A stretch of DNA of 63,806 nt, filler included, from Lama guanicoe (taxonomy: Eukaryota): NCBI GenBank assembly GCA_013239625.1. It is 134 parts of 133 records of this genome, joined end to end, with 100 filler letters (N's around TTAATTAATTAA, not from the genome) between each part and the next. Parts side by side here need not be neighbours in the genome. Positions count along the whole stretch, not along the records: positions 1 to 849 come from PNXV01029204.1; positions 950 to 1,581 come from PNXV01029205.1; positions 1,682 to 2,345 come from PNXV01029206.1; positions 2,446 to 3,021 come from PNXV01029208.1; positions 3,122 to 3,926 come from PNXV01029210.1; positions 4,027 to 4,579 come from PNXV01029211.1; positions 4,680 to 5,536 come from PNXV01029212.1; positions 5,637 to 6,205 come from PNXV01029213.1; 126 more parts are not named here. One strand, written 5' to 3'. Position numbers and translations under genes: made by a program. Under the pieces are notes generated by a model that was not told where the DNA came from, searched no databases, and was given only the letters and a program-made list of their open reading frames with translations. Shown piece by piece: positions 1 through 11,446 of this stretch; position 1 is the first letter of the stretch; every line of letters begins with the position of its first letter.

Positions 1-264
1 TTATAGAAATAGTTTGCTGACCCGTCGTGCAGGCAGAAGCAGAGAGAGGAGGTCAGTGGAACCAGACAGACAACAGGGAACGGACCCTCACATTTTTCCT
101 CCTTCGTTTCCCAGCAAAGGAGCAACGCAGCTCAGGGCACGAAGGGGAGATTTTGGCACGTGGTGCTTTACCATCTGGACCTCCGTGTGCAAAGGGTGAG
201 CCTCAGTGTGAACCTGCCCCAACGCAAACCCCAAATCAAACTACCTCAGACCTAACGTTACACT

Positions 265-790
265 AGTGATAAAACCTGCAGAGTGAAATACCGGAATTAA
301 CCTGTGTGCCCTGGATTTAGGCAAATGATGCTTAGGTAAAAGGTCAAAGCACAATCTGAACAGGAAGCATGGCAAATCAGGCTTCAAGAGTTACTGCTAA
401 GAGGGTGATAAGATGGGAAAACATTTGCAAATCGCATACATGATGACAGACCTTCCTCAAATACATTAAAATTATCAAAATTGAGTAACAGTAATAATAA
501 TGATAAACTAAACATAGACAAAGGACTCGAATGGGTCACCAAGGAAGATGAACCCATGACAAGCAAGCCCACAAAAAGAGCTCAGCTCCCCCGGCCATCC
601 TGGAAGTGCGGATGAGACACGGGTCTGGGCGCCCTGGGGCACGTCTGGAGAGCCGTGACGCGGGCAACACCAGGCGCTGGGAGCGCGCAGTGTGAGCGGG
701 AGGGGTGAGGAGCTGGAGAAGGTTTCAGCTGGAGCTGCTCGGCTGTCACCGTGCAAAGTGCGCGACAGACTGGCAGTCCGAGAACCGAGA
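265..790 (+). mobile_element. Degenerate LINE-1 ORF2 3' region (old L1M type)
   Basis: Motifs such as gatgggaaaacatttgcaaatc and caaaggactcgaatgg...caccaaggaagat...aaaagagctcagc resemble the L1 ORF2 C-terminal consensus. Confidence 0.6.
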
Positions 791-849
791 CTCCTGTGTG
801 GCTGCTGCTGTATTAGGACGTGCACTTACTTATATCCTGAAGTTTGGGT

Positions 850-949
850 NNNNNNNNNNNNNNNNNNNNNNNNNNNNNNNNNNNNNNNNNNNNTTAATTA
901 ATTAANNNNNNNNNNNNNNNNNNNNNNNNNNNNNNNNNNNNNNNNNNNN
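850..949. other. Artificial contig linker N44-TTAATTAATTAA-N44 (first of about 133 identical linkers)
   Basis: Identical 100-bp spacer between every fragment. The palindromic 12-mer gives TAA in all six frames, as in pseudomolecule linkers. Confidence 0.98.
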
Positions 950-1681
950 CAAACAGTTGCTGACGGCCTGAGAAGTCAGTTAAGAATATAAGTTGCTCAC
1001 TGTTGAAAATTAAAATGGGTTTAAAATCAGCTCTGATGAAGCCTTGGGACCATGACCAAAGGGCAGTTTTTCCTCTTCTTGAACTTGGGGGAATAGAAAT
1101 TTTTTTTTATTCTTGGTAATCTTAACTTTTTAAGGTTAGAAAAGTCTTGAAAATGATTTTTTTCCAACTTTATCTCCATCCATTTGCCGATGCATGCATA
1201 TAAGATTTAACCACATAGATTGAGGCAACCCTTCTGCAAACATCCCTGCACCATGCACACCCTGGGCACTCTGCCCTGCTGCCATTTGACCATTTGGTAA
1301 ATTGCTCTTTACTCCTCAAGGCAAGGTTCAAATATCATGGGGTCCATCAAGGTTTCCCTAAGCCACACATACCTGCTAAATGAAGTGTTTTCTGACTCCC
1401 CTTCCCACGCTTACACAATAACAATACATTCCTTCTCTGGGTTCACATAGAACCTTGTAACTTCAGCTCTAGTCAAGCACTCCTCACTGCATATTATAAT
1501 TATGTGTGTTATGTCTGTCTCCCTTCCTGCATTTTTTTTTATTTTAAAAATTGATCACTTTACTCCATCAAAATCGAACACNNNNNNNNNNNNNNNNNNN
1601 NNNNNNNNNNNNNNNNNNNNNNNNNTTAATTAATTAANNNNNNNNNNNNNNNNNNNNNNNNNNNNNNNNNNNNNNNNNNNN

Positions 1682-2345
1682 ACTCCACTCCATACATATA
1701 TATGCGGTGGTACAAGCTCCAACTCGGTTTCACAGTGAAAATGGCAGGCACTTCCAACGGGCACTAGGACACAGACTGAGAAAGCAGAGTAAGTGATTCT
1801 CCTGCAAACCGTTCCCTTAGTGCTGGATGAACGAACGTCTCTCCACATGCTCAGTTCTGAGAGATAAGTGTGTGTGAAAGCTGTCCTTCACCTAGCTTGA
1901 AGGGAACACAAAGTTTCTTTTCAGTTGCAAATTCCACTCCATACATATATATGGGGAGGTACAAGCTCCAACTCGGTTTTACAGTGAAAATGGCAGGCAC
2001 TTCCAACCGGCACTAGGAAACAGACTGAGAATGCAGAGTAAGGGTTTCCCCCGCAACACGTTCTCTTTGTGATGGATGACCGAACGTCTCTCCACATGCT
2101 CAGTTCTGAGAGAAAAGATTGTGTGAATGCCGTCCTTCACCTAGCTTGCAGGGAACACAAAATTTCTTTTCAGTTGCAAACTCCACTACGTACATATATA
2201 TGGGGAGATACAAGCTCCAAATCAGTTATATAATGAAAACACAGGAACTTCAAAGGGGCACTAATAAACAGACTGAGAATCCAGAGTAAGTGTTTCTATT
2301 GCAACCCGTTTCCTTTGTCCTGGATTAACGATCGTCTCTACACAT
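1682..2345 (+). repeat. Satellite DNA, 249-bp monomer (about 2.7 copies)
   Basis: Monomer start (a[c/t]tccact...atacatatatatg) recurs at 1682, 1931 and 2180, a period of 249. Confidence 0.95.
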
Positions 2346-2445
2346 NNNNNNNNNNNNNNNNNNNNNNNNNNNNNNNNNNNNNNNNNNNNTTAATTAATTA
2401 ANNNNNNNNNNNNNNNNNNNNNNNNNNNNNNNNNNNNNNNNNNNN

Positions 2446-3021
2446 AATACAGAACCCAGAATTTAGAACATGGGCTGCAGAACACAGATTATAGAATATA
2501 AAATACAGAATACAGAATAGAGGATGTAGAATATAGAATGTAGAACGCAGAATACAGAATATAGAACACAGAACACAGAACTCAGAATGATGGACATGGA
2601 ATGCAGGACACAGAATATAGAATATAGTATATAGAAATACAATATAGAATATAGAATGTAGTACACAGGTATAGAATATACAATAAAGAATACAGAACAC
2701 AGAATTTTGAATATGGAGTGCACAACACAGAATAAAGAATATAGAATACAGAATAAAGAACCCAGAATTCAGAACATGAAATGCAGAACACTGAATATGG
2801 ATTATAGTATGCAGAATATAGAATGTAGAATACAGAATGCAGAACACAGGATATAGAATGTTAAACAGAGAATACAGAACACAGAATATAGAACATGGAA
2901 TGCAGAACACAGTATATAGAATACAGAAAACAGAATAAAGATCCCAGAATTAACAACATGGAATTCAGAACTCAGAATGTAGAATATAGAATACAGAATA
3001 CAGAATATAGAATGTAGAATA
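2446..3021 (+). repeat. Heptamer satellite (AGAATAY)n with variant units
   Basis: Continuous agaatac/agaatat/agaacac units fill the whole contig. Confidence 0.95.
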
Positions 3022-3665
3022 NNNNNNNNNNNNNNNNNNNNNNNNNNNNNNNNNNNNNNNNNNNNTTAATTAATTAANNNNNNNNNNNNNNNNNNNNNNN
3101 NNNNNNNNNNNNNNNNNNNNNTTCACTAATTTTATCTATGTTAATATTTCCAATTTTATGGGTATGGGGGCGCCATAAAGAAGCAGTGAAACCCTAAAGA
3201 AGCGCTTAGCCTCAGAAGCTTCTGGACCAATTTCGCAAATGATGATGCAGGGTGGAGTGGTGATCAGACAAAGAAAGGAGGTTTGGGCTTCCAGGGCACG
3301 CACTGTGGGATGGCAGGTACATGAGGGAAACGGGTGGCAGAGAAGGTTTCCATGTAAGGCTTGTTTGCCTGGATGCGTCTCAGTGCCATCTCCATCTTTG
3401 CTGGTGAGGGTTACTCTTCCCCCAGCTCTGGGAGAGTGGAGGGGACACCTCCACGAGGCGGGCTCCAAGGGGGAGCAGAGGCTTCCTCTTGTGATTGCCA
3501 GGTCTCAGTTACCTTCCACTCAAAATAACCCCAATGCCAACATGGTGTGTTTTGTGGCAGCGTGTTCTGACAGCCCCAACACTTACGTGTTTTCCACAAT
3601 CAAACAACCAGGGACATCACAGCACTCTCTCACGTGGGCGTGGCACTCAGGCCTTCAGCTTACCA

Positions 3666-3866
3666 TTTTTTAAACTATTTTTTAAAAATTGAAGTCTAGC
3701 TGATTTACCATGTTGTGTTACTTTCTGGTGTGCAGCGTGGTGATTCAGTCATACACATACATACATACTCTCTTCCATATTCTTTTCCATTCTGTTTTTA
3801 CAAGGTATTGAATATAGTTGCCCCTGCTGTACAGTAGGACCTTGTTCATCTGTCTTATCTATAGTG
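3666..3866 (-). mobile_element. LINE-1 3' end, cetartiodactyl type
   Basis: Poly-T followed by attgaagtctagctgatttaccatgttgtgtta...gaatatagttgcccctgctgtacagtaggacc, the antisense artiodactyl L1 3'UTR signature. Confidence 0.8.
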
Positions 3867-5819
3867 TGTGTTTGTGCCTCACAAAACTCACAGCCCTTGG
3901 TCATTCTGGGGCAATGGAGATTGTCTNNNNNNNNNNNNNNNNNNNNNNNNNNNNNNNNNNNNNNNNNNNNTTAATTAATTAANNNNNNNNNNNNNNNNNN
4001 NNNNNNNNNNNNNNNNNNNNNNNNNNTCTGTTTCTGGTCAGATGCTGGATTTACCTTCCTAACTAAAACAACCAATAAGTATATGAAGCTATGATTTTTC
4101 AAGCACTGGACCTCAAGCAATAAAAGGTAGTGATCCTTGAAGGATAAGAAAAAAATGAGAAAAGCCCTATAATTGCCTCAGTTTATGGCCTTGAAAGAAT
4201 TTTCAGGCTGTGGTAAAGGGGGAAGGAACCAGGCAGAAACCAGTGGACTCTAGATTGATGAAATACAGCTAAAAATCCAGAATGAGCAATATGGCTTGCG
4301 TTCAAAGGAATGTGAACCAAGAGGAGAGACATGGCTGGAGAGAGAACTCTCAAGACAGGCAGAAAGGTCTCCTTAAGTATTCAGCAAATTACTAGTCAGC
4401 ACATGCTTACGAAAACCTAGAGAAAGTCAGAAAAAAAGAAATGACCCAAACGTGTTAGAGGAATCAGTACCTGGTGCTCACACGTGGCCATGAATGATAT
4501 CTGTTCCCAAAAGCCAGACTGGAAATCCACGTAATTAACAGTACATCAGGTAAGGTCTTGCATGAGCAATGGAAAATAANNNNNNNNNNNNNNNNNNNNN
4601 NNNNNNNNNNNNNNNNNNNNNNNTTAATTAATTAANNNNNNNNNNNNNNNNNNNNNNNNNNNNNNNNNNNNNNNNNNNNCATTGTGCTTCTCCATATTCA
4701 GCTCTTCTTTTGGGTCACCAGATGAAGCGTTAGCCTTTCCTTCATATGTATCACATTTCTCGCAGAGTTACTTCTAGGTACTATGTGCGTGCGTTTAACG
4801 CTGTAACGAATGGATGTTTTCCTACATATGGTTGTATGGTCTAAGTTGATATTGTTGGAAAGCTTTTCTGTTTTAAAAATGTATTCGTCTTGTATCTGAC
4901 CGGTGTCCTGAATCCTCCTCTTAATTCTAAGCAGGCTCATCTCGACGGAGTGTCTTGGTTATCTTGAATTCTCTACCTTTATTGAAAGGCCGTCTGAAAA
5001 GAACAAATGTGTCTTCCTCAACTAGAGTTACACCTCTCACTTCTCTTTCATGACTGCTGCATGGCCTAGATCTTTCAGAACAACAGTCAACAATTTGGTG
5101 ATATTTTATATTCTCTTATTTCTAATTTTACTAGGAATGTCTCTCATCTAGTGATTCTCAACATTCAATATGTATTAGAATCACCTGGGAGAAGAGCCTC
5201 AGGTGGGCGTATTTGGGGTGTAGGGGAGAAGTATCTCCACAAGCAAATTCTGATGTTCATCACTTTTACTGTTATCGCTACTATTATTTATTATTATTAT
5301 CATCATCATAGAATTTGTTAAAAATGTTTTTAGCTATTTGTACAGTTTATCAACAATAATGTGCAAATACAGTGTACAATGTATTAAATTGCATTTCATA
5401 CAAAGTTTACTGTAGCTCTTAGAGTATGACTAAGTTCCACATTCTGTTCTAAGCAGTTAATGTGCATCCCTTGAGTTATGCTCACACTAACCCTATGTGA
5501 TAAGAAGTTATAATGCCCATTTTATAGACAGAACCANNNNNNNNNNNNNNNNNNNNNNNNNNNNNNNNNNNNNNNNNNNNTTAATTAATTAANNNNNNNN
5601 NNNNNNNNNNNNNNNNNNNNNNNNNNNNNNNNNNNNAGTCAGGCCAGGTCCTTCTAGCCGGCTCACCTCCAGCCTCTCCATGCCTACATCTCCAATAAGA
5701 GCTCACCCAAAGACTTCCATTTACGTCTCTATAGCTTTCCCTCTCCCCACTACTGACTTTGAGTCTCTCCAACATGCGGAGTGTGTACCACAGGCCTGGC
5801 ATTATTTTATGCCCTGAGT

Positions 5820-6205
5820 TGATCCAGGTCCTCTGAGAAGCAAAATGGATTCAGACATGAAAGAGATTTACTAGGGGTGGAATCCATATAGGAACATGGG
5901 AAGGGAGCTGGGGAGGGTTGGGAGAGCTCTCAGTGATGCTGGGCTGGCCCCTGGGAAGAAAGGAAGGAAGGGATGGAGGAGGAGACAGAGAACTGAGAAT
6001 GCGGCCGGGAGTGCAGTTCTAAGAAAATTTCTATAAAGCCAAGGGGAGTGCTCAAGTCTTGAAGCCGTGGCCTTTGGTATTTCTGTCAGGCTTGACCAAT
6101 GGCCAGGAGGAGCTGCTGGTGAGGGGTGTGGCCTCAGAGTATGGGCATTGTGGATTTCAGAGAGCAGCAGATGGGCCTTTGGCCAGTTACATTCCACAAG
6201 GCAGA
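5820..6205 (-). mobile_element. ERVL LTR16-like fragment
   Basis: caggtcctctgagaagca...gagatttactaggg...gggagctgggg resembles the antisense LTR16 family. Confidence 0.5.
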
Positions 6206-7149
6206 NNNNNNNNNNNNNNNNNNNNNNNNNNNNNNNNNNNNNNNNNNNNTTAATTAATTAANNNNNNNNNNNNNNNNNNNNNNNNNNNNNNNNNNNNNNN
6301 NNNNNAGGCCATGGAAACAGAGTCAGATGAGGGCTGCCCAGGACTGACAGACAAGGAAGCATATAAATGCATACTTTATAATATATATATATAAATTAAG
6401 AAAAAACCTTCCTTGTCGTTTCTGCTGCCAGTTCATGCTGCTTCTTGATTGACTCCCCGCCAGACGTCCTCTGCAAGCCCCCGATGGAATGTTTAAAAGG
6501 CCCTCCTGTGGGAGGCAAGGAGATTTACAGTTAATTTTTACTAATGAAGGATGACAGGCATCTCAGTTTAGCCAACGAGATGTTTCACCCGTTTAGGAAG
6601 ACGCCCCTGTGTTCGGAGCAGGCGTCCCCACCCCCCCTGCCTCTCTTTCTCTCTCTCCCTTTCTCACGTGCACACGCACAGGTACATTCACACGTATGTA
6701 TTTAAGCATACACAGGGGNNNNNNNNNNNNNNNNNNNNNNNNNNNNNNNNNNNNNNNNNNNNTTAATTAATTAANNNNNNNNNNNNNNNNNNNNNNNNNN
6801 NNNNNNNNNNNNNNNNNNCATCACTGCTGTTTTGTCCTCCCATCCGGATGGCCGCAGGCCCCCTTCTTTCTTCCATCTCTTCCCTCCCGTCTTCCTCCTG
6901 ATCCATTTCTACCAGTAACAACTAGCCCATTTCCACCCACCAGTAGCCATTCAAATTTAAACTCCACGAAAATTAAATTAGAGGGAAAAAAGTAAGTTTG
7001 GCTTCCTGAGTTTCCTTCCTACCAGTCTTACTGTTTTTCCTCCTTACGATTGTTTTTGTTGGATGTACTGGACCAGAAACCAAGGGTCCTGAAATTAATC
7101 TCAGTTCTATTTCTCTCTAGTTCGACAACCTTGGAAAACTCAGAAACTT

Positions 7150-7300
7150 GCCCGTTTATTAGAATCACCTGAGGATCTTTTAAATATTCCAATGTGATAC
7201 CCCAGACCCATTAAATCAGTTTCCAGGGGTGGAACACAGGCATCCGGGCATTTTGATGCTCCGGAGGTGATTGTAACATGCAGCTGGGAATCATTGCACC
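7150..7300. mobile_element. MER5A-like hAT-Charlie DNA transposon
   Basis: ttagaatcacctgaggatcttttaaa...cccagacccattaaatcag...aggtgattgtaacatgcagc. Confidence 0.7.
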
Positions 7301-7656
7301 CACTTCTTTAAACCTTAGAACTAGGACNNNNNNNNNNNNNNNNNNNNNNNNNNNNNNNNNNNNNNNNNNNNTTAATTAATTAANNNNNNNNNNNNNNNNN
7401 NNNNNNNNNNNNNNNNNNNNNNNNNNNTATTGAACTCAAACACACCTGTCACCAGCTTCTTTTGTATTTTCTACATTCACAGTTATATCATCAATTAATA
7501 GTAATAGCTTTGTTTTTCTCTTTCCTGTGCTGTAACCCCATTTTCCTTCTGTGCGTGTTCAGAGAGCCAGTGTGTGTTGAACACATAGCAGAAGCCTGCC
7601 TTCCTGATTTCAAAGGAGAAACTTTAGTGTCTGACTGTAGATTATCGAGTTGCTGT

Positions 7657-8001
7657 GTTTTTTGTTTTTTTAGTACAGTCAACTACAGTGTGTCAATTTC
7701 TGGTGGACAGCACAATGTCTCAGTCATGCATGTACATACATATATTCATTTTCATATTCTACTTTTCATTAGATCAAGTTTCCATCCACATTTAAATCAC
7801 TGAGAGTTTTAAATGATGAATGAATGTTAAATTTTCTTTCTTTATTGAAGTACAGTCACAGTGTGTCAACTTCTGGCGCACAGCACAACGTCCCAGTTAT
7901 GCATGTACATACATACATTCGTTTTCATATTTTTTCCGTGAAAAGTTATTACAAGATATTGAAGATAGTTCCCTGTGCTATATTGAAGAAACCTTTTTTT
8001 T
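7657..8001 (-). mobile_element. Two tandem camelid-type LINE-1 3' ends
   Basis: Copies at about 7657-7770 and 7831-8001 share agtacagtca...gtgtgtcaa.ttctgg...cagcacaa.gtc.cagt.atgcatgtacatacata.attc. Confidence 0.8.
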
Positions 8002-8894
8002 NNNNNNNNNNNNNNNNNNNNNNNNNNNNNNNNNNNNNNNNNNNNTTAATTAATTAANNNNNNNNNNNNNNNNNNNNNNNNNNNNNNNNNNNNNNNNNNN
8101 NCTTCACATTCTATATCAAGTAATTTAGTATCTAATCTAAGGTATTAAGAAGGGCATGACTCCTAGGACAAGGACTGTGACAGACTTTGAGTTGCCACCT
8201 CATAATTTTCTTTTTTTAAATTAGTTCACAAGAGCCAGAGTGAGACCCTAGGAGGCAGCATGGTCTAGGGGACCAAACATCAGCTTAGGAATCAAGTAAA
8301 CAAGGATTCAGTTTCTAGAAGAGTGACTTATGAACAGAGTGACTTATCTCAAATCATTTTTTTTTGTTTGTTACAAATATGGAACCTAGGCTCTGAGAGT
8401 TTAAGTAACTTTGCCTAAGCTGGGAAAAAGTAAATTATGAATCCATATCTGACAGGCTTCGATTCTGTACTCTTTCCCACATGTTATACTAGCCAGCAAA
8501 ACAGGAAAGCTAAAAATGACATTTTGTTCTCGTAGGCTATAACCCATAAATCTGCCATACCCAACTTTATGACGGAGATGGAGAAGACTGAGGCCTGGGC
8601 AATTAGGACACTAAGTCAAGGAGGCCCTGGACTCTGGAGTAAGAAGTCCCACAAGGAGAGTTAGAGCAAATAATTCTTTTCCAAGCAGAGGGTAGAAGAC
8701 TAGCCTGACATTCAATAGGGCTTGACTAGAGCATTCTGATGTTATTTCTTTAAACGTGTCTCTATCAGTGCAAATCACTGTGTCTTATATACTCNNNNNN
8801 NNNNNNNNNNNNNNNNNNNNNNNNNNNNNNNNNNNNNNTTAATTAATTAANNNNNNNNNNNNNNNNNNNNNNNNNNNNNNNNNNNNNNNNNNNN

Positions 8895-9011
8895 GTACCC
8901 ACCAGATACCGATATCATCCCCTACCCCAAGCTGTGACAGCTCTGAATATCTCCAGACATTGGCAAATGCCTGCTGTGGGACAAAATCACCCCTGTTGAG
9001 AACGTCTGCTA
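8895..9011. mobile_element. MER20 DNA transposon fragment
   Basis: gtgacagctctgaatatctccagacattggcaaatgcc...caaaatcacccctgttgagaac. Confidence 0.75.
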
Positions 9012-9102
9012 TAGATGTATGATTTAGTTAACTAAGGTGAGAGTCAGTGTTGAAGAAGATAGCACTTTTGAATAAGACATTTTATGCTTATTTTTGGAAA
9101 TA

Positions 9103-9376
9103 TTTATTCTTTCATCCAACAAATATTTGTTTAATACTTACTATGTACTAGGAGCTGTTTTAAGTGATTGAGACTCATTAGTCAGCAGAAGAGACAAAAA
9201 TCCTTGCCCTCAATGGACCTAATATTAGACAAACCTTACATTATAGTAGATGAGTGATGTTAAGGGAAAACAAAAAAAACAAACAAACAAACAAAAAAAG
9301 GCAAGTTGAGGAGGGTTAGGAGTGTTAGTATAGTCCAGGAGGGAGTTTGCAGTTTTAAATATGGAAATGATTGGAT
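9103..9376 (-). mobile_element. LINE-2 3' end
   Basis: ttcatccaacaaatatttg...acttactatgtactagg...gacaaaaatccttgccctc. Confidence 0.7.
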
Positions 9377-10146
9377 NNNNNNNNNNNNNNNNNNNNNNNN
9401 NNNNNNNNNNNNNNNNNNNNTTAATTAATTAANNNNNNNNNNNNNNNNNNNNNNNNNNNNNNNNNNNNNNNNNNNNAGCGGAGCAGTAACTCATCACCTT
9501 CAAGGTGCTCAAATCATTTCTCCTATGGATACAAGTAGGGAAGCCAAGGGGACTCATTTAGAAAGCTAACAGGAGATCTTTACGCACATTCTATGAAAAA
9601 GGTAGTTGCCAATCCTGAACTTCTGAATGAGAATGGAAAGAGCCTGTGACTGACTGATTCAAGTATCATCCCTCTCATTTTTCAAAATTCACTGAAATAA
9701 ACAGCAAACCCCCAAATCTTAATTTAAGATTTCCAAGAAATCAACTATGCTCCGTGCTTCCTGACTTCCTGAATATGCTTTCCTTGCTTTTTCCACATGT
9801 AATTAAAAAAAAAAATGCCGTCAACAAAGTTCAGAAGAGAGTAATTGTGACTCAAAAAGAAAATACTCAACCAAGAAGTGGTTAAACTTTTAAAGGCAAT
9901 ACAGACATTCCCAAATAGGAAATAACATCTCTTGATTCCTTCTTCAAATACAAACAAGAGAGACAGAGAGACAGAGAGAGAAACCCTTTAGAGCAAGACC
10001 CAATCTATTGATCAACTAGAATACATAAATTTATGTAAAAAGAGAANNNNNNNNNNNNNNNNNNNNNNNNNNNNNNNNNNNNNNNNNNNNTTAATTAATT
10101 AANNNNNNNNNNNNNNNNNNNNNNNNNNNNNNNNNNNNNNNNNNNN

Positions 10147-10458
10147 CCATGACACTTCCAATCAAGACTAAATAAGGACAAAAATCTCTCCTTCCGTCAG
10201 GAAGGTGGAGCTGGAATGGAAATCAGGGAATACGACCACAAACCCTTCCCTCTCCAATGAATATTCTGCCCATTTCATTTTTACATCCCATATAACCAGC
10301 TTCCCAAAAAAACTTGGAGCAGCTACTCACCTGAGTCTGCCTGCTCTCCACTTGAGAGCATAATATCACTTAATAAATCCTCACTTTACTTTCTTAACCT
10401 CCATGTCTCCTCTCTGAATTCTTTCTGCAATGAGACAAGAACCTGGTCTCTGGTAACA
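10147..10458 (+). mobile_element. ERV1-like LTR 3' part (also present at 10847-11158)
   Basis: Poly(A) signal taataaa followed by the U5-like ...tctgaattctttctgcaatgagacaagaacc...aaca. Confidence 0.55.
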
Positions 10459-11446
10459 CTGGTTGTTACTTATCACCTCTTTCACCAGACAACTGCCCTG
10501 GGCTTCTCCTTTCCAGATTGCTTCGTCTTTTCCAATTCCACTTCACTCCAATGTGGACAAATGCCTCTCCCTTACTGTCCTTAATGTTTGCTAACTCTAA
10601 GCTGTAGAAGATAACAAATCCCTCTGAGGATTACTATAATATTCTGATTAAGAATTATGGGCACTGACACCAGACTGTTTAGGTTCTAATCCTAGCTTGG
10701 CCACTTAGGACCTGTGGAACTTTAGGGTACTCTCTGTCCCTTAATTNNNNNNNNNNNNNNNNNNNNNNNNNNNNNNNNNNNNNNNNNNNNTTAATTAATT
10801 AANNNNNNNNNNNNNNNNNNNNNNNNNNNNNNNNNNNNNNNNNNNNCCATGACACTTCCAATCAAGACTAAATAAGGACAAAAATCTCTCCTTCCCTCAG
10901 GAAGGTGGAGCTGGAATGGAAATCAGGGAATACCACCACAAACCCTTCCCTCTCCAATGAATATTCTGCCCATTTAATTTTTACATCCCATATAACCAGC
11001 TTCCCCAAAAAACTTGGAGCAGCTACTCACCTGAGTCTGCCTGCTCTCCACTTGAGAGCATAATATCACTTAATAAATCCTCACTTTACTTTCTTAACCT
11101 CCATGTCTCCTCTCTGAATTCTTTCTGCAATGAGACAAGAACCTGGTCTCTGGTAACACTGGTTGTTACTTATCACCTCTTTCACCAGACAACTGCCCTG
11201 GGCTTCTCCTTTCCAGATTGCTTCGTCTTTTCCAATTCCACTTCACTCCAATGTGGACAAATGCCTCTCCCTTACTGTCCTTAATCTTTGCTAACTCTAA
11301 GCTGTAGAAGATAACAAATCCCTCTGAGAATTACTATAATATTCTGATTAAGAATTATGGGCACCGACACCAGACTGTTTAGGTTCTAATCCTAGCCTGG
11401 CCACTTAGGACCTGTGGAACTTTAGGGTACTCTCTGTCCCTTAATT
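10147..11446 (+). repeat. Pair of near-identical 600-bp contigs (10147-10746 and 10847-11446)
   Basis: Same length and endpoints; 8 substitutions counted by eye. Confidence 0.97.

Noticed and set aside
692..905. ORFs ending in X...LIN or X...N throughout the track
   Set aside because: They run through N gaps and stop in the linker.
1682..2345. CENP-B box in the 249-bp satellite
   Set aside because: The TTCG sites (e.g. gttcgttcatccag on the opposite strand) lack the downstream A and CGGG.
2398..2910. 170-aa hydrophobic ORF and overlapping ORFs (also 37902-38349)
   Set aside because: By-product of the heptamer satellite, whose T-rich strand has few stop codons.
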